A DNA stretch of 64,000 bases from Aliarcobacter sp. (GCA_028689025.1 JAQTXA010000016.1:84-64083); one strand, 5' to 3'; positions 52,425 through 64,000 are shown, counted from the stretch's first letter. Numbers and translations are program-made. The notes: generated by a model not told the origin, from the sequence alone.

Positions 52425-53552
52425 TTGTTGTTAGATGTTACACTAATAGTTTTATGCGCTGGGAATTCTTCGCGGTTTGAGCATAAAACAAAAAAGCAAT
52501 GGATTAGAATAGAAAATGAACCTTTATGGCTAAATGTCACAAAAAGATTAGCTTCATTTTCACAATTTAATAACATCATTGTGGCTTCCCATGAAGATGA
52601 ATTAAATTATATGAAAAACTTCACCGATGATTTTACTTTTGTAAAAGGTGGAGAAACTAGACAAAAATCTATTTTAAACTGCTTAGAATTTGTAACAACA
52701 AAATTTGTAATGATAAGTGATGTAGCACGAGCTTGCATTCCCCAAAGTGTAATTAAAAACCTTTTAAATGAAAAAGAAAATGCAGATTGTATTGTTCCTG
52801 TTTTAAATGTGACAGATACAGTGATTTATGAAACAAATACAATTAATAGAGACTCAGTTAAACTAATCCAAACTCCGCAACTTTCCCTTACTCAAACTTT
52901 AAAAAAAGCCTTAGATACTCAAACTGAATTTACAGATGAAAGTTCTGCTATTAAAGCAATAGATGGAACAATTAAATATATTCAAGGAAGTACTGAAAGT
53001 AAAAAACTAACTCTTGGAAATGAACTTGATGAACTTCCTTGTTTAAAAGAACCATCAAATAACTTTTTCACAGGAACTGGTTTTGATATTCACGCCTTTG
53101 AAGATAATAAAGAGATGTTTTTAGGTGGAGTAAAACTTCCCTATGAATTTGGATTTAAAGCTCACAGCGATGGTGATGTTTTAATTCACTCTATTATTGA
53201 TGCACTTTTAGGAGCTTGTGGAGCAGGAGATATTGGGGAATTTTTTCCTGATACTGATGAAAAATATAAAGGTATTGACTCAAAACTTTTATTAGAGCAT
53301 ATTGTTAGATTTATTTACAATGTTGGTTATGAAATTGTAAATATTGATACGACAATAATCGCTCAAAAACCCAAAATAAATCCATTTAAACATGAAATAA
53401 AAAATTCATTAGCTGCGTTATTGAATATTGAAAAACAATTTATAAATGTTAAAGCAACAACTGCTGAAAAAATGGGATTTATTGGCCGAGCAGAGGGTGT
53501 GGCTGTACAAAGTATTGCTACATTGAAATATTATAATTGGAAACAAAAATGA
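52425..53552 (+). CDS. ispDF: Bifunctional MEP cytidylyltransferase / MEcPP synthase
   Basis: CAGNSSRF, GGETRQ.S, IQTPQ, G.G.DIH and AHSDGDV..H. Confidence 0.95.
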   Translation: MLLDVTLIVLCAGNSSRFEHKTKKQWIRIENEPLWLNVTKRLASFSQFNNIIVASHEDELNYMKNFTDDFTFVKGGETRQKSILNCLEFVTTKFVMISDVARACIPQSVIKNLLNEKENADCIVPVLNVTDTVIYETNTINRDSVKLIQTPQLSLTQTLKKALDTQTEFTDESSAIKAIDGTIKYIQGSTESKKLTLGNELDELPCLKEPSNNFFTGTGFDIHAFEDNKEMFLGGVKLPYEFGFKAHSDGDVLIHSIIDALLGACGAGDIGEFFPDTDEKYKGIDSKLLLEHIVRFIYNVGYEIVNIDTTIIAQKPKINPFKHEIKNSLAALLNIEKQFINVKATTAEKMGFIGRAEGVAVQSIATLKYYNWKQK

Positions 53553-54439
53553 ACATATTAATTATTGAAAATGAGATTTATCTGGCACAAAAAGTTGTGT
53601 CAAGATTACTAGATGATGGACACAGTTGTGATTATATCGAATCACCAAATATTGATAATCTCACAAAAGATTATGACACAATACTTTTATCAACATCTTT
53701 ACCCTCAGCTTTGTGTAAAAATATTATAAAAAAATACTCTGAAAATTCAATCATTCTTCTTTTAGTCTCTTATATCTCAGATGAAACTGTTACAAATCCT
53801 ATTAAAGATGGTGCAAAAGATTATATTATGAAACCATTTATTATGGATGAATTAATCAGAAAAATCTATCACTATAAAGATTGTAGAAGTTTAAAAAGAG
53901 AGTTACAAACTTTAAGAGAGTATTTTGAATTTACAATGGCTGACATTGATACAACAGATGTATTATTACCACCATCATTTCCAACTTTAATAGAATCAAA
54001 CTCACAAAAATGTGCTGATAAGTTAGTTTTTGAACTTTCAAGAAAAATGGATTTACCAATTAATTTTATCTCTTTAACATCTACTTCATGGCAAAAGCAA
54101 ATTAATGCTATACAAGGAAAATCTATTATTTATCTAACAGAATTTCATACCTTAAAAAAGAATGTTAAAGAAAATGTTATAAAATTTATTGAAGATAAAA
54201 ACTGTGTTGTTTCAACTTTAGAAACAGAAATTGATTTCCCATATAGAAAAATTGAGTTTAATAACGAAAACCAACTAATCGGTAATTCAAATATCATGAC
54301 AATAAATGATTATGTAAAAATGATGGTTGTTTCTTATCAAAATAAATATCCTGATACTGAATTATCAAAAAAACTAGGAATTTCAAGAAAATCTCTTTGG
54401 GAAAAAAGAAAAAAACTAGATATTGAAAAGAAAAAATAA
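53549..54439 (+). CDS. Atypical orphan response regulator (HP1021/Cj1608-type)
   Basis: REC domain with Ser48 at the phospho-Asp position; C-terminal Fis-type HTH (ELSKKLGISRKSLWEKRKK); follows ispDF with an ATGA overlap. Confidence 0.85.
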   Translation: MNILIIENEIYLAQKVVSRLLDDGHSCDYIESPNIDNLTKDYDTILLSTSLPSALCKNIIKKYSENSIILLLVSYISDETVTNPIKDGAKDYIMKPFIMDELIRKIYHYKDCRSLKRELQTLREYFEFTMADIDTTDVLLPPSFPTLIESNSQKCADKLVFELSRKMDLPINFISLTSTSWQKQINAIQGKSIIYLTEFHTLKKNVKENVIKFIEDKNCVVSTLETEIDFPYRKIEFNNENQLIGNSNIMTINDYVKMMVVSYQNKYPDTELSKKLGISRKSLWEKRKKLDIEKKK

Positions 54440-54448
54440 GGAACTATT

Positions 54449-54928
54449 TTGAATTTAAGAAAATTTTTTTTAACAGTTGGATTTAGTGGGTTAAGCCCAA
54501 AAGCTCCAGGAACTGTAGGTTCATTTGTATCTTTGATTATTGGATTATTTCTACTTAAATTTCTTCACGTATCAACTCTATTTTTATTATCTTTACTAAT
54601 TACCGTAATTGCTATTAAACAAATAGATATCTACGAAAAAGAAGTTGGTATGCACGATGGAAAAGAGATAGTTATTGATGAATTAGCAGGAATGTGGATT
54701 ACATTATCTATTTGTGGAATCAATAGTTCAAATATCTTATACATGGCTCCAATTGCATTTATTTTCTTTAGATTATTTGATATTTGGAAGCCATCATTTA
54801 TTGGAAAAATTGATAGAGATGTAAAAGGTGGATTAGGTGTTATGGGAGATGATGTTTTAGCTGGAATTGCTGCTGGAATCGCAACGGCAGGAGTTTATCA
54901 ACTGATTGAGAAATTTATTCTTTCATAA
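54449..54928 (+). CDS. pgpA: Phosphatidylglycerophosphatase A
   Basis: PKAPGT.GS, HD..EIVIDE..G, FRLFDIWKP and GVM.DD. Confidence 0.93.
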   Translation: MNLRKFFLTVGFSGLSPKAPGTVGSFVSLIIGLFLLKFLHVSTLFLLSLLITVIAIKQIDIYEKEVGMHDGKEIVIDELAGMWITLSICGINSSNILYMAPIAFIFFRLFDIWKPSFIGKIDRDVKGGLGVMGDDVLAGIAAGIATAGVYQLIEKFILS

Positions 54929-55527
54929 TGCACAATATCCTAATTATTGACCAGTCACATAAAACAGTTAGTCTTTTAAATCTAATTGTTACTGAATTCA
55001 CAAATTATCAAACAACAGTTGAAACAAAAAAAGATCATATTATAAAGCTTATAGACAATACAATTTTTGAGTATATTGTAATTGATCATATTATTGAATA
55101 TTCAGATGAAATAATTGCATACATCTTAAATAAAAATCCTAAACAAAAAGTAATATTATTAAGTGACCATATAAAATGTCCAGTTTCTTGTGAAGATTGT
55201 TTTAATTTATTCCAATTTGTTAGAATTATTAAACCTGTTAAACCTAGAACTATTTTAAATTATTTAAATAACTCAAGCGATTTTGTTTGTCCAAACAAAG
55301 ACAAATTAAAATCAATTAACACAATTGATAAACTTTATGATTTTATCAATTTAGAGGACAATTCATTCTATAAAAATAAAGAGTTAATTGACAATAAAAT
55401 CCTAATAAAATCTACAACTAGAAATATGAATATACATGAGATTTCAAAAATCGAAAAGTTAATAAATGAAAGTTTCTTTAAAATGGAAGTAAATGAGAAT
55501 AATGAGATTGAGATTTCTATAAAATAA
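54928..55527 (+). CDS. Receiver-domain protein with Cys cluster
   Basis: D8, D53, S79 and K102-P103 in REC register; C84-X3-C88-X2-C91 and C121. Confidence 0.7.
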   Translation: MHNILIIDQSHKTVSLLNLIVTEFTNYQTTVETKKDHIIKLIDNTIFEYIVIDHIIEYSDEIIAYILNKNPKQKVILLSDHIKCPVSCEDCFNLFQFVRIIKPVKPRTILNYLNNSSDFVCPNKDKLKSINTIDKLYDFINLEDNSFYKNKELIDNKILIKSTTRNMNIHEISKIEKLINESFFKMEVNENNEIEISIK

Positions 55528-55537
55528 GGTTTTAACC

Positions 55538-56656
55538 TTATTTTACAATCTTTGCAAATTCAGCAAAGATATATTTTGACTCATGTGGACCCGGACTTGC
55601 TTCTGGGTGATGTTGAACTGAGAATATCTCTTTATTTTTATATTTAACACCTTCAATTGTATTATCAAATAAATTTAAGTGTGTTACATCTGCAATTTCT
55701 ATAATATTATCTGGAACATTATAGTTATGATTTTGTGCAGTAATTTCTACAACACCATTATTTGCAACTGGATGGTTACCACCATGTTGACCAAATTTTA
55801 GTTTATATGTATCATAACCATGGGCAATTGATAACATTTGGTGCCCTAAACAAATTGCAAAAATTGGAATATCAGTTTTTACTAATTTTTGAACTTGCTC
55901 TTTTTCAGCAATTAATGTTAGTGGATCACCTGGACCATTTGATAGGAAAACTCCACCAATTTCTTTTGCTTCAAATCTTGCAATTAAATCATCTGCTTTA
56001 AAAGTTGAAGGTACAACTTCTACTTCAAGACCTGATTCTACAAGCTCATTTAAGATATTTCTTTTAACACCAAAATCTATAACAACAACTTTTTTATCAC
56101 TCATTACAGCTTTATTGTAAGCTTTAATACTATGATTCCATGCTCCAGATTTGTGTACATAAGACTCTTTTGTTGATACTATTTCTATATAATTTATATC
56201 TTCAATTCTAGGACTTGCTTTTAGTTGTTTTGCTAATTCTTCTTTATCAGAAATTTCTGTTGATGCTATCATCATCATAGCACCTTCATCTCTAATCATT
56301 TTTGTTAAATATCTAGTATCAATTTCACAAATTCCTAAAACACCGTGTTCTTTTAATAAAGAATCTAAATCATTTTGTGCTCTATAATTTGAATATTCAC
56401 TATGATAATTTCTAACTAATACACCTTTACAATGACATTTTCTACTTTCCATATCATTGTCATTAACACCAACATTACCAATCTCAGGCATTGTAAAAGT
56501 AATAAACTGACCAGCATAAGATGGATCTGAAATAATTTCTTGGTATCCAGTTAATGATGTATTAAAAACTATTTCTCCAACAGATGTTCCTGTTGCACCA
56601 AAAGATTTCGCTTCTAAAAAAGTCCCATTTTCTAAATATATCCATACTTTTTGCAT
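55538..56656 (-). CDS. carA: Carbamoyl-phosphate synthase small subunit
   Basis: GEIVFNT..TGYQE, LSNGPGDP, ICLGHQ and QHHPEASPGPHE. Confidence 0.97.
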   Translation of the reverse strand: MQKVWIYLENGTFLEAKSFGATGTSVGEIVFNTSLTGYQEIISDPSYAGQFITFTMPEIGNVGVNDNDMESRKCHCKGVLVRNYHSEYSNYRAQNDLDSLLKEHGVLGICEIDTRYLTKMIRDEGAMMMIASTEISDKEELAKQLKASPRIEDINYIEIVSTKESYVHKSGAWNHSIKAYNKAVMSDKKVVVIDFGVKRNILNELVESGLEVEVVPSTFKADDLIARFEAKEIGGVFLSNGPGDPLTLIAEKEQVQKLVKTDIPIFAICLGHQMLSIAHGYDTYKLKFGQHGGNHPVANNGVVEITAQNHNYNVPDNIIEIADVTHLNLFDNTIEGVKYKNKEIFSVQHHPEASPGPHESKYIFAEFAKIVK

Positions 56657-57208
56657 TTATATCAATCCTCTTTTTGTTAATTCCTCTTCATATAATCTGT
56701 GATAAACAAGATCATAATCATCAGTTCCTGGTATTAATTTTCTTTTATAATTTTTTAATTTTGCCATTACTTCGCTGTCAGCTTTTTCAAAACCTTTTAT
56801 GAAATCATCTAAAGAAGCAAAGATTACATTTTTTATTTGGTTATCAGAACATGTATAGTGAATAAAATCTTCTTCCCATAAATAATCTAATATTTTATGA
56901 GCAATGTCAGAAAATCTATCTTCATTATTTAAAATAACTCCAAAATCATTAGCTAATCTTTTTTTAGTCATCCAAAAAAGTTGTCTTCTATCTGCATTTA
57001 GATACTCGATTTCTTCCTCTTGAGCCTCTAAAATTTCTTGAACTTTTTCATCTAAAGAAAACTCTTTTTCTAAATCTTCATCCAATATTCTTTCAACTTC
57101 TGCTTCAATACTATGTTTCTCTTTTCTAACCTCAACAAATTCACAATTAAGTAAATCTCTTGTAATTCTTCTTGAGACATACGGTGTATGATGTAATTTC
57201 ATTCTCAT
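56657..57208 (-). CDS. DUF507-family protein
   Basis: Conserved position between purA and carA in Campylobacterota; charged helical sequence. Confidence 0.78.
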   Translation of the reverse strand: MRMKLHHTPYVSRRITRDLLNCEFVEVRKEKHSIEAEVERILDEDLEKEFSLDEKVQEILEAQEEEIEYLNADRRQLFWMTKKRLANDFGVILNNEDRFSDIAHKILDYLWEEDFIHYTCSDNQIKNVIFASLDDFIKGFEKADSEVMAKLKNYKRKLIPGTDDYDLVYHRLYEEELTKRGLI

Positions 57209-57214
57209 GCGTTT

Positions 57215-59313
<2,099 letters not shown>

Positions 59314-59318
59314 TCTTA

Positions 59319-60425
59319 TTAATTCCCTTTAAACATATTTGATGCAAAAACTTTGTTTGCAGTTCCATCAAATGTTCTAATACCTAAATCATCTAATGCT
59401 AATTCAACAGCATTTACAGCCCATGAAGCTTCATAATCTTCAACTAATCCCATATGATTAATTCTAAAAATTTTACCAGCTAAATGATCTTGACCACCTG
59501 CAATATTTACATTATATTTATTTTCTAATATTTTTCTAATTGCACTTGATTGCTCAGTATAAACAGTTGTCATAGCATTTGCAGGAGTTTTTGGATAAAT
59601 ATCAAATCCAATTGCTTTTAAAGCTTCTCTTGTCGCATTTGCTCTTAAAGCCGTTTGTTTATATAAATTATCAAATCCATCAGCTTTTAATTTTTCTAAA
59701 ATTGCACCTAAACCAATAATTAGTGTAGTAGCAGCCGTCCATGCTGTTGTATTTTTTCTTTGTGTTTTAATTTCAATTGCTAAATTAAAATAGTAACCTC
59801 TTGGTTTTGACTCTATTTTTGCAACTGCTGCATTTGAGAATCCAATCATTGCAAGACCTGGTGGTAACATTAAAGCTTTTTGGCTTCCAGTTACAACAGC
59901 ATCTAAATTTGTTGTATCTATTTTTTCAACACCTACAGCTGTAATTCCATCTGCAACTATTGTAATATCTTTATTGATTTTTTTAACTTCAGCAGCTATT
60001 TGCTCAACAGGATGTCTTAATCCTCCGGCACTTTCACAAATCTGAATAAATACAGCATCTATTGAAGGATCGGCTTTTATTGCATTTACAACAGCTTCAA
60101 CACTAACAGGAGTATCCCATTCATTTTTTATTTCAGTATATTCAATACCAAATGCTGCACAAATTTTTCCGAATCTCTCACCAAATTTTCCTGAATTAAT
60201 TGTAAGTGCTTTTTTATGTGTCAAGTTTGTAACACATGCTTCCATAGCACCTGTACCACTTGAAGCTAACATTACAACTTCAGGCATATCATATAATTCT
60301 ATTAATAATTCTCTAGTATTTTTAAAAATTGCTTCAAACTCTTCAGTTCTATGATGAATCGTAATATCAGACATCGCTTTTCTTACAAATTCTGGTACTG
60401 GAGTTGGACCTGGCGTCAATAGCAT
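59319..60425 (-). CDS. Class V PLP aminotransferase (alanine-glyoxylate/serine-pyruvate family)
   Basis: LLTPGPTPVP, SSGTGAMEA and GSQKALMLPPG. Confidence 0.9.
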   Translation of the reverse strand: MLLTPGPTPVPEFVRKAMSDITIHHRTEEFEAIFKNTRELLIELYDMPEVVMLASSGTGAMEACVTNLTHKKALTINSGKFGERFGKICAAFGIEYTEIKNEWDTPVSVEAVVNAIKADPSIDAVFIQICESAGGLRHPVEQIAAEVKKINKDITIVADGITAVGVEKIDTTNLDAVVTGSQKALMLPPGLAMIGFSNAAVAKIESKPRGYYFNLAIEIKTQRKNTTAWTAATTLIIGLGAILEKLKADGFDNLYKQTALRANATREALKAIGFDIYPKTPANAMTTVYTEQSSAIRKILENKYNVNIAGGQDHLAGKIFRINHMGLVEDYEASWAVNAVELALDDLGIRTFDGTANKVFASNMFKGN

Positions 60426-60559
60426 TTTAGTATCCTTATTTTTTCATTCTTTTTAGCAAAACGAATTATTTTATCCAAAAAATCATTATGAAAAGGTTAA
60501 GTATTTATTTCTACATTTTTAATAAAAAAACTTTTTTTACAAATTTCTAAAAAAACCCC

Positions 60560-60588
60560 TTGACATTATTACTAATTAGTAATATAAT
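60560..60588 (+). promoter_or_regulatory. Consensus sigma70 promoter with an embedded 18-bp operator palindrome
   Basis: TTGACA(60560-65)-17 bp-TATAAT(60583-88); TATTACTAATTAGTAATA at 60567-60584. Confidence 0.85.
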
Positions 60589-60606
60589 TTCGATAGGAGT
60601 ATGCAA

Positions 60607-61059
60607 ATGAATAATAAAACATTAAAAACTTATGGGGAAAGAACTGATAAATCTATGAAAACTGTTGTTAGATTAGAAAAAGCTAGTTTAAAAATCACTA
60701 ATTTAACTGTTAATTATTTATCAAAACATAATCTAACGTTTAATCAATTTAAAGTATTAGAAGTATTATATCATTTAGGTGATTTGAACATTGGTTCAAT
60801 TACAAAATTGACTATGAGCACACCTGGGAATATCACTGTTGTTGTAAAGAATTTAAAAAGAGATGAATGGATTACTTCAATAAAAGACCCAAACGATAGT
60901 AGAGCTTCAATATTATCAATTACTCAAAAAGGTAAAGATATTATAGAAGAAGTGTTTCCTAATCATGCAAAAAATTTGCATAAAGCTTTAGAAGTTTTAA
61001 ATGATGAAGAACTAAATACTTTATATGATTTGTTAAATAAGGTTTACAGAGCAAATTAA
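60607..61059 (+). CDS. MarR-family regulator (MhqR-like)
   Basis: QFKVLEVLYH.G, GNITVVV..L and DSR motifs; AGGAG SD favours ATG 60607. Confidence 0.88.
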   Translation: MNNKTLKTYGERTDKSMKTVVRLEKASLKITNLTVNYLSKHNLTFNQFKVLEVLYHLGDLNIGSITKLTMSTPGNITVVVKNLKRDEWITSIKDPNDSRASILSITQKGKDIIEEVFPNHAKNLHKALEVLNDEELNTLYDLLNKVYRAN

Positions 61060-61076
61060 TTTTTTTGCTTTAAAAG

Positions 61077-61093
61077 TACTAATTAGTAATATA
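61077..61093. promoter_or_regulatory. Second copy of the MarR operator, upstream of yceI
   Basis: TACTAATTAGTAATATA, identical to 60570-60586. Confidence 0.75.
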
Positions 61094-61118
61094 TTATAGA
61101 TAATAAAAGGAATATAAA

Positions 61119-61685
61119 ATGAAATTTTTAAAATTAGGATTGGCTTCTTTCGTAGCTTCAAGTGCACTATTTGCAGGAACATATAATGTGGATGCAAGTC
61201 ATTCAAATGTTGGATTTAAAGTAAAACACTTAATGATTTCAAATGTAAATGGTAAGTTTGACAAATTCAATGGAAAATTTGAATACGATGAAAAAACAAA
61301 AACATTAAAAAGTTTAGCAGGTGAAGTAAGCATAGCTTCAATTAACACAGAAGATGCAAAAAGAGATGCACATTTAAAATCAGCTGATTTCTTTGACGAA
61401 GCTAATAACCCAACACTTACTTATAAATTAGACAAAGTTGAAGGTGATACGGCTTATGGAAAACTAACAATTAGAGGTGTTACAAAAGATGTTAAACTTG
61501 ATTTAGAAAATAATGGAACTGCAATTGATCCATGGGGAAATACAAGAGTTGCACTAGCATTATCTGGGAAAATCAATAGAACTGATTTTGGTCTTAACTG
61601 GAATAAAGCATTAGAAGCTGGTGGAGTTTTAGTTGATGAAACTGTAAAATTAAATATTGAAGTAGAGGGAATTTTAGCTAAGTAA
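61119..61685 (+). CDS. YceI-family periplasmic polyisoprenoid-binding protein
   Basis: Signal peptide; HS.VGFKVKHL, RD.HLKSADFF and LTIRGVTK. Confidence 0.92.
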   Translation: MKFLKLGLASFVASSALFAGTYNVDASHSNVGFKVKHLMISNVNGKFDKFNGKFEYDEKTKTLKSLAGEVSIASINTEDAKRDAHLKSADFFDEANNPTLTYKLDKVEGDTAYGKLTIRGVTKDVKLDLENNGTAIDPWGNTRVALALSGKINRTDFGLNWNKALEAGGVLVDETVKLNIEVEGILAK

Positions 61686-61697
61686 TTAGCTAGAATT
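61670..61697 (+). terminator. AU-rich GNRA hairpin at the end of yceI
   Basis: AATTTTAGCTAA-GTAA-TTAGCTAGAATT with one G-U pair. Confidence 0.4.
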
Positions 61698-61705
61698 TTA
61701 TAATA

Positions 61706-62488
61706 ATGAATCCAACACTATTTATTTCACATGGAGCACCAAATATAATTCTAAGCGATATAAAATCGAAAAGAAACATAAAAAAATTAGCTGAAAATTT
61801 AGAAATGCCAAAATATATTATTATATTTTCAGCACATTATTTAACAAAAGATTTAAAAATTATTTCTCCTACTACAAATAAAATAATGTACGATTTTTAT
61901 GGTTTTGAAGACGAACTATATAAAGTTAAATATGAGATAAATAGTGATGAGAAATTAACATTAGAATTAATTGAAAGATTAAAAAAAAGTAATATAGATA
62001 TTTCAATAGATGAAAATAGAAAAAGTTATGACCATGGTGTTTGGAATGTATTAGCATTAATGTATGAACATCTTAAAATTCCAGTACTACAGATAAGTAT
62101 TCCAAGTTCATATAGTATAGAACAACTCATTAATTTAGGAGTTAATCTTCAACAATTTAAAGACGAAGCTTTGATTATCTGTAGTGGTGGAATTACTCAC
62201 AACTTAGGTGACACAAGTATGAATCCAAATATAAAAGATTATGCAAAAAAATTTAATAGTGATATTATTGATATTATAGAAAACAACAGAGTTGATGATT
62301 TAAAAAATATTCAGAAAAATATAAACTTTTACAAAAATCATCCATCAACTGAGCATTTTTTGCCACTATTTGTTGCCTATGGAAATGCGATAAATAAAAA
62401 AGGAAAGTCGTTTAACAGTGAGATGCTTTATTCAAATATCTCAATGGAGAGTTTTATTTTTGATGAAGATACAACTTATAAACAGTAA
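61706..62488 (+). CDS. LigB/DODA-type extradiol dioxygenase (YgiD-like)
   Basis: FISHGAP, SAHY, YDFYGF, DHGVW and HPSTEHFLPL. Confidence 0.88.
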   Translation: MNPTLFISHGAPNIILSDIKSKRNIKKLAENLEMPKYIIIFSAHYLTKDLKIISPTTNKIMYDFYGFEDELYKVKYEINSDEKLTLELIERLKKSNIDISIDENRKSYDHGVWNVLALMYEHLKIPVLQISIPSSYSIEQLINLGVNLQQFKDEALIICSGGITHNLGDTSMNPNIKDYAKKFNSDIIDIIENNRVDDLKNIQKNINFYKNHPSTEHFLPLFVAYGNAINKKGKSFNSEMLYSNISMESFIFDEDTTYKQ

Positions 62489-62497
62489 TTTAAAGGA

Positions 62498-63007
62498 TTG
62501 AAAATGACATTAATTTTTGTAGCAAGTTTAAATGAAAACATGAAACTTGCAAATACTATAAAAAATAAACTAGATAATCAAAACATTAACTCAGAAATAA
62601 TAAATCTAGTAGATTTAAATTTACCAATGTATGATACTTTCAAAGAACAAAACGATGGAATTCCACAAATTGCTTTAGACTTAGCAAAACAAATGGAAGA
62701 AGCAACATCATATATTTTTGTATCTCCTGAATACAATTTTGGTGTTCCTCCTGTTCTTGTAAATACAATTGCTTGGATTTCAAGAATTGGAGATAATTTT
62801 AGAAAATTATTTACAATGAAAAAGATTCAATTAGCTACACATTCAGGAAGCAATGGTCAAGATTTATTAAACTCTTTAAGAAGCCAATTTACAAGACTTG
62901 GTGCAGTTGTAATGCCAAGAGAAATTATTGCAACTTATGAAAAAAAATGTAATGAAGATAGTATAGAAAGAATTTTACAACAATATATAAATTTTATAAA
63001 GGAGTAG
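62498..63007 (+). CDS. NADPH-dependent FMN reductase
   Basis: SPEYN..VPP.L.N...W.SR motif; TTG start. Confidence 0.85.
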   Translation: MKMTLIFVASLNENMKLANTIKNKLDNQNINSEIINLVDLNLPMYDTFKEQNDGIPQIALDLAKQMEEATSYIFVSPEYNFGVPPVLVNTIAWISRIGDNFRKLFTMKKIQLATHSGSNGQDLLNSLRSQFTRLGAVVMPREIIATYEKKCNEDSIERILQQYINFIKE

Positions 63008-63010
63008 ACA

Positions 63011-63715
63011 ATGTTAAGAAAATTACCAAAAGAGAATATGGGAACATCAAATTTAGGTTGGTTAGAGAGCCGTTTTCATTTTAGTTTTGCAGAATATAGA
63101 AATCCAAATAATATGAATTTTGGAGTTTTAAGAGTTTTAAATGATGATATTGTTCATGCAAATTCAGGATTTGATACACATCCTCATGCAAATATGGAAA
63201 TTATCTCTTATATTGTTGATGGAGAAATTACACACAAAGACTCAATGGGAAATGCTGAGACTTTAAAAAGAGGGGAAGTTCAATATCTAAGTGCAGGTGA
63301 TGGGATTTATCATAGTGAACACAATTGGCATAAAACTCTTGATTTAAGACTTTTACAAATTTGGATAATTCCTCCAAAACAAGGACTTCCAAGACTTTAT
63401 GGTTCAAAAAGATTTGAAGAAATCGATAGAAAAAATAAACTATTAAATATAGTTTCAAGCCAAGAAGGAAGTGCTGATATAAAAATCTATCAAGATATAA
63501 ATATTTTTGTTAGTGAACTAGAAGCAGATAAAACTATAAATTTTGATATTAAAAAAGATAGACAAGTATATTTTGTACAAATTGAAGGAAGTTCGCAAAT
63601 AAATGACATCATTTTAAATAATGGTGATGCATTAGAAATAGTTGATATTGAGAAACTAGAGATAAAAGCTTTAGAAAATTCTCATTTTCTATTTATTGAG
63701 ATGAAAAAAGCATAA
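63011..63715 (+). CDS. Pirin-family protein (YhhW-like)
   Basis: GWL.SRFHFSF, F..HPH..ME, H.DSMG, AG.GI.HSE and LQIWI. Confidence 0.92.
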   Translation: MLRKLPKENMGTSNLGWLESRFHFSFAEYRNPNNMNFGVLRVLNDDIVHANSGFDTHPHANMEIISYIVDGEITHKDSMGNAETLKRGEVQYLSAGDGIYHSEHNWHKTLDLRLLQIWIIPPKQGLPRLYGSKRFEEIDRKNKLLNIVSSQEGSADIKIYQDINIFVSELEADKTINFDIKKDRQVYFVQIEGSSQINDIILNNGDALEIVDIEKLEIKALENSHFLFIEMKKA

Positions 63716-63750
63716 AAAAAAGGGTAAGTTGTAAAACTTACCCTTTTTTT
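63714..63750. terminator. Bidirectional terminator between pirin and purM
   Basis: A-run-GGGTAAGTT-gta-AAACTTACCC-T-run. Confidence 0.88.
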
Positions 63751-63768
63751 ATTTATCTAAGTAAAATA

Positions 63769-64000
63769 TTAGATAAACTCAACACATTTAGCACCATCTG
63801 CAATATGACCAATTACATATCCATCTGTGTTTGCTAAAACTGCGTCAACATTTTCAGTGCTTACCACTAAAACCATACCAACACCCATATTGAATGTTCT
63901 GTACATCTCTTCAAGTTCAACATGTTCAGCCATAAATTGGAAAATTGGTAAAACTCTTACATCTGCTCTTTTTACAACTGCTTTTAAATTATCAGGTAAA
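63769..64000 (-). CDS. purM: AIR synthetase, 3' part (runs off the window end)
   Basis: My translation gives EEMYRTFNMGVGMVLVV...YVIGHI...EFI-stop; not in the ORF track. Confidence 0.92.
   Translation of the reverse strand, partial: LPDNLKAVVKRADVRVLPIFQFMAEHVELEEMYRTFNMGVGMVLVVSTENVDAVLANTDGYVIGHIADGAKCVEFI

Noticed and set aside
55177-55200. Radical SAM enzyme call from CX3CX2C
   Set aside because: The protein is 199 aa with a REC pattern and no partial TIM barrel; the motif is kept only as a possible metal site

Overview
A strongly AT-rich, gene-dense segment of core chromosome from a Campylobacterota bacterium, most likely Arcobacteraceae (Arcobacter/Aliarcobacter). This assignment rests on the four-subunit porCDAB, ispDF followed by an HP1021/Cj1608-type regulator, the carA-DUF507-purA synteny, TGnTATAAT promoters and frequent TTG starts. 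In order, the window holds: a phosphate-starvation locus (pstS, an inserted EAL-CBS-GGDEF gene, pstCAB-phoU-psiE, an OmpR-type regulator and kinase); rplM-rpsI; an orphan family-5 SBP; a HAD hydrolase; porCDAB; pgm; an AbrB-family membrane protein; an Mla/MCE operon; a hypothetical gene pair; a split PAS + soluble MCP; a ybhGFSR-like exporter; a luxS cluster; an orphan sensor kinase; yqhD; DUF2238/DoxX; a DMT transporter; metH; ilvE-SPFH-hisIE; mrp; thiC; a hypothetical + HDOD pair; ispDF-regulator-pgpA-REC; carA-purA-hisZ-aminotransferase; a MarR-YceI-dioxygenase-FMN reductase-pirin cluster; and the 3' end of purM. I saw no rRNA, tRNA, CRISPR array, integrase, transposase or prophage gene. 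No large, clearly novel system stands out. The best leads are regulatory or structural: a Pho box with identical geometry at two promoters, a 60-nt G-U-containing hairpin before a c-di-GMP enzyme, a GGA-rich CsrB-like sRNA candidate, a kinase that appears to start at ATA, a receiver domain carrying CX3CX2C, a tiny beta-hairpin outer-membrane candidate, and a MarR operator present in two copies.
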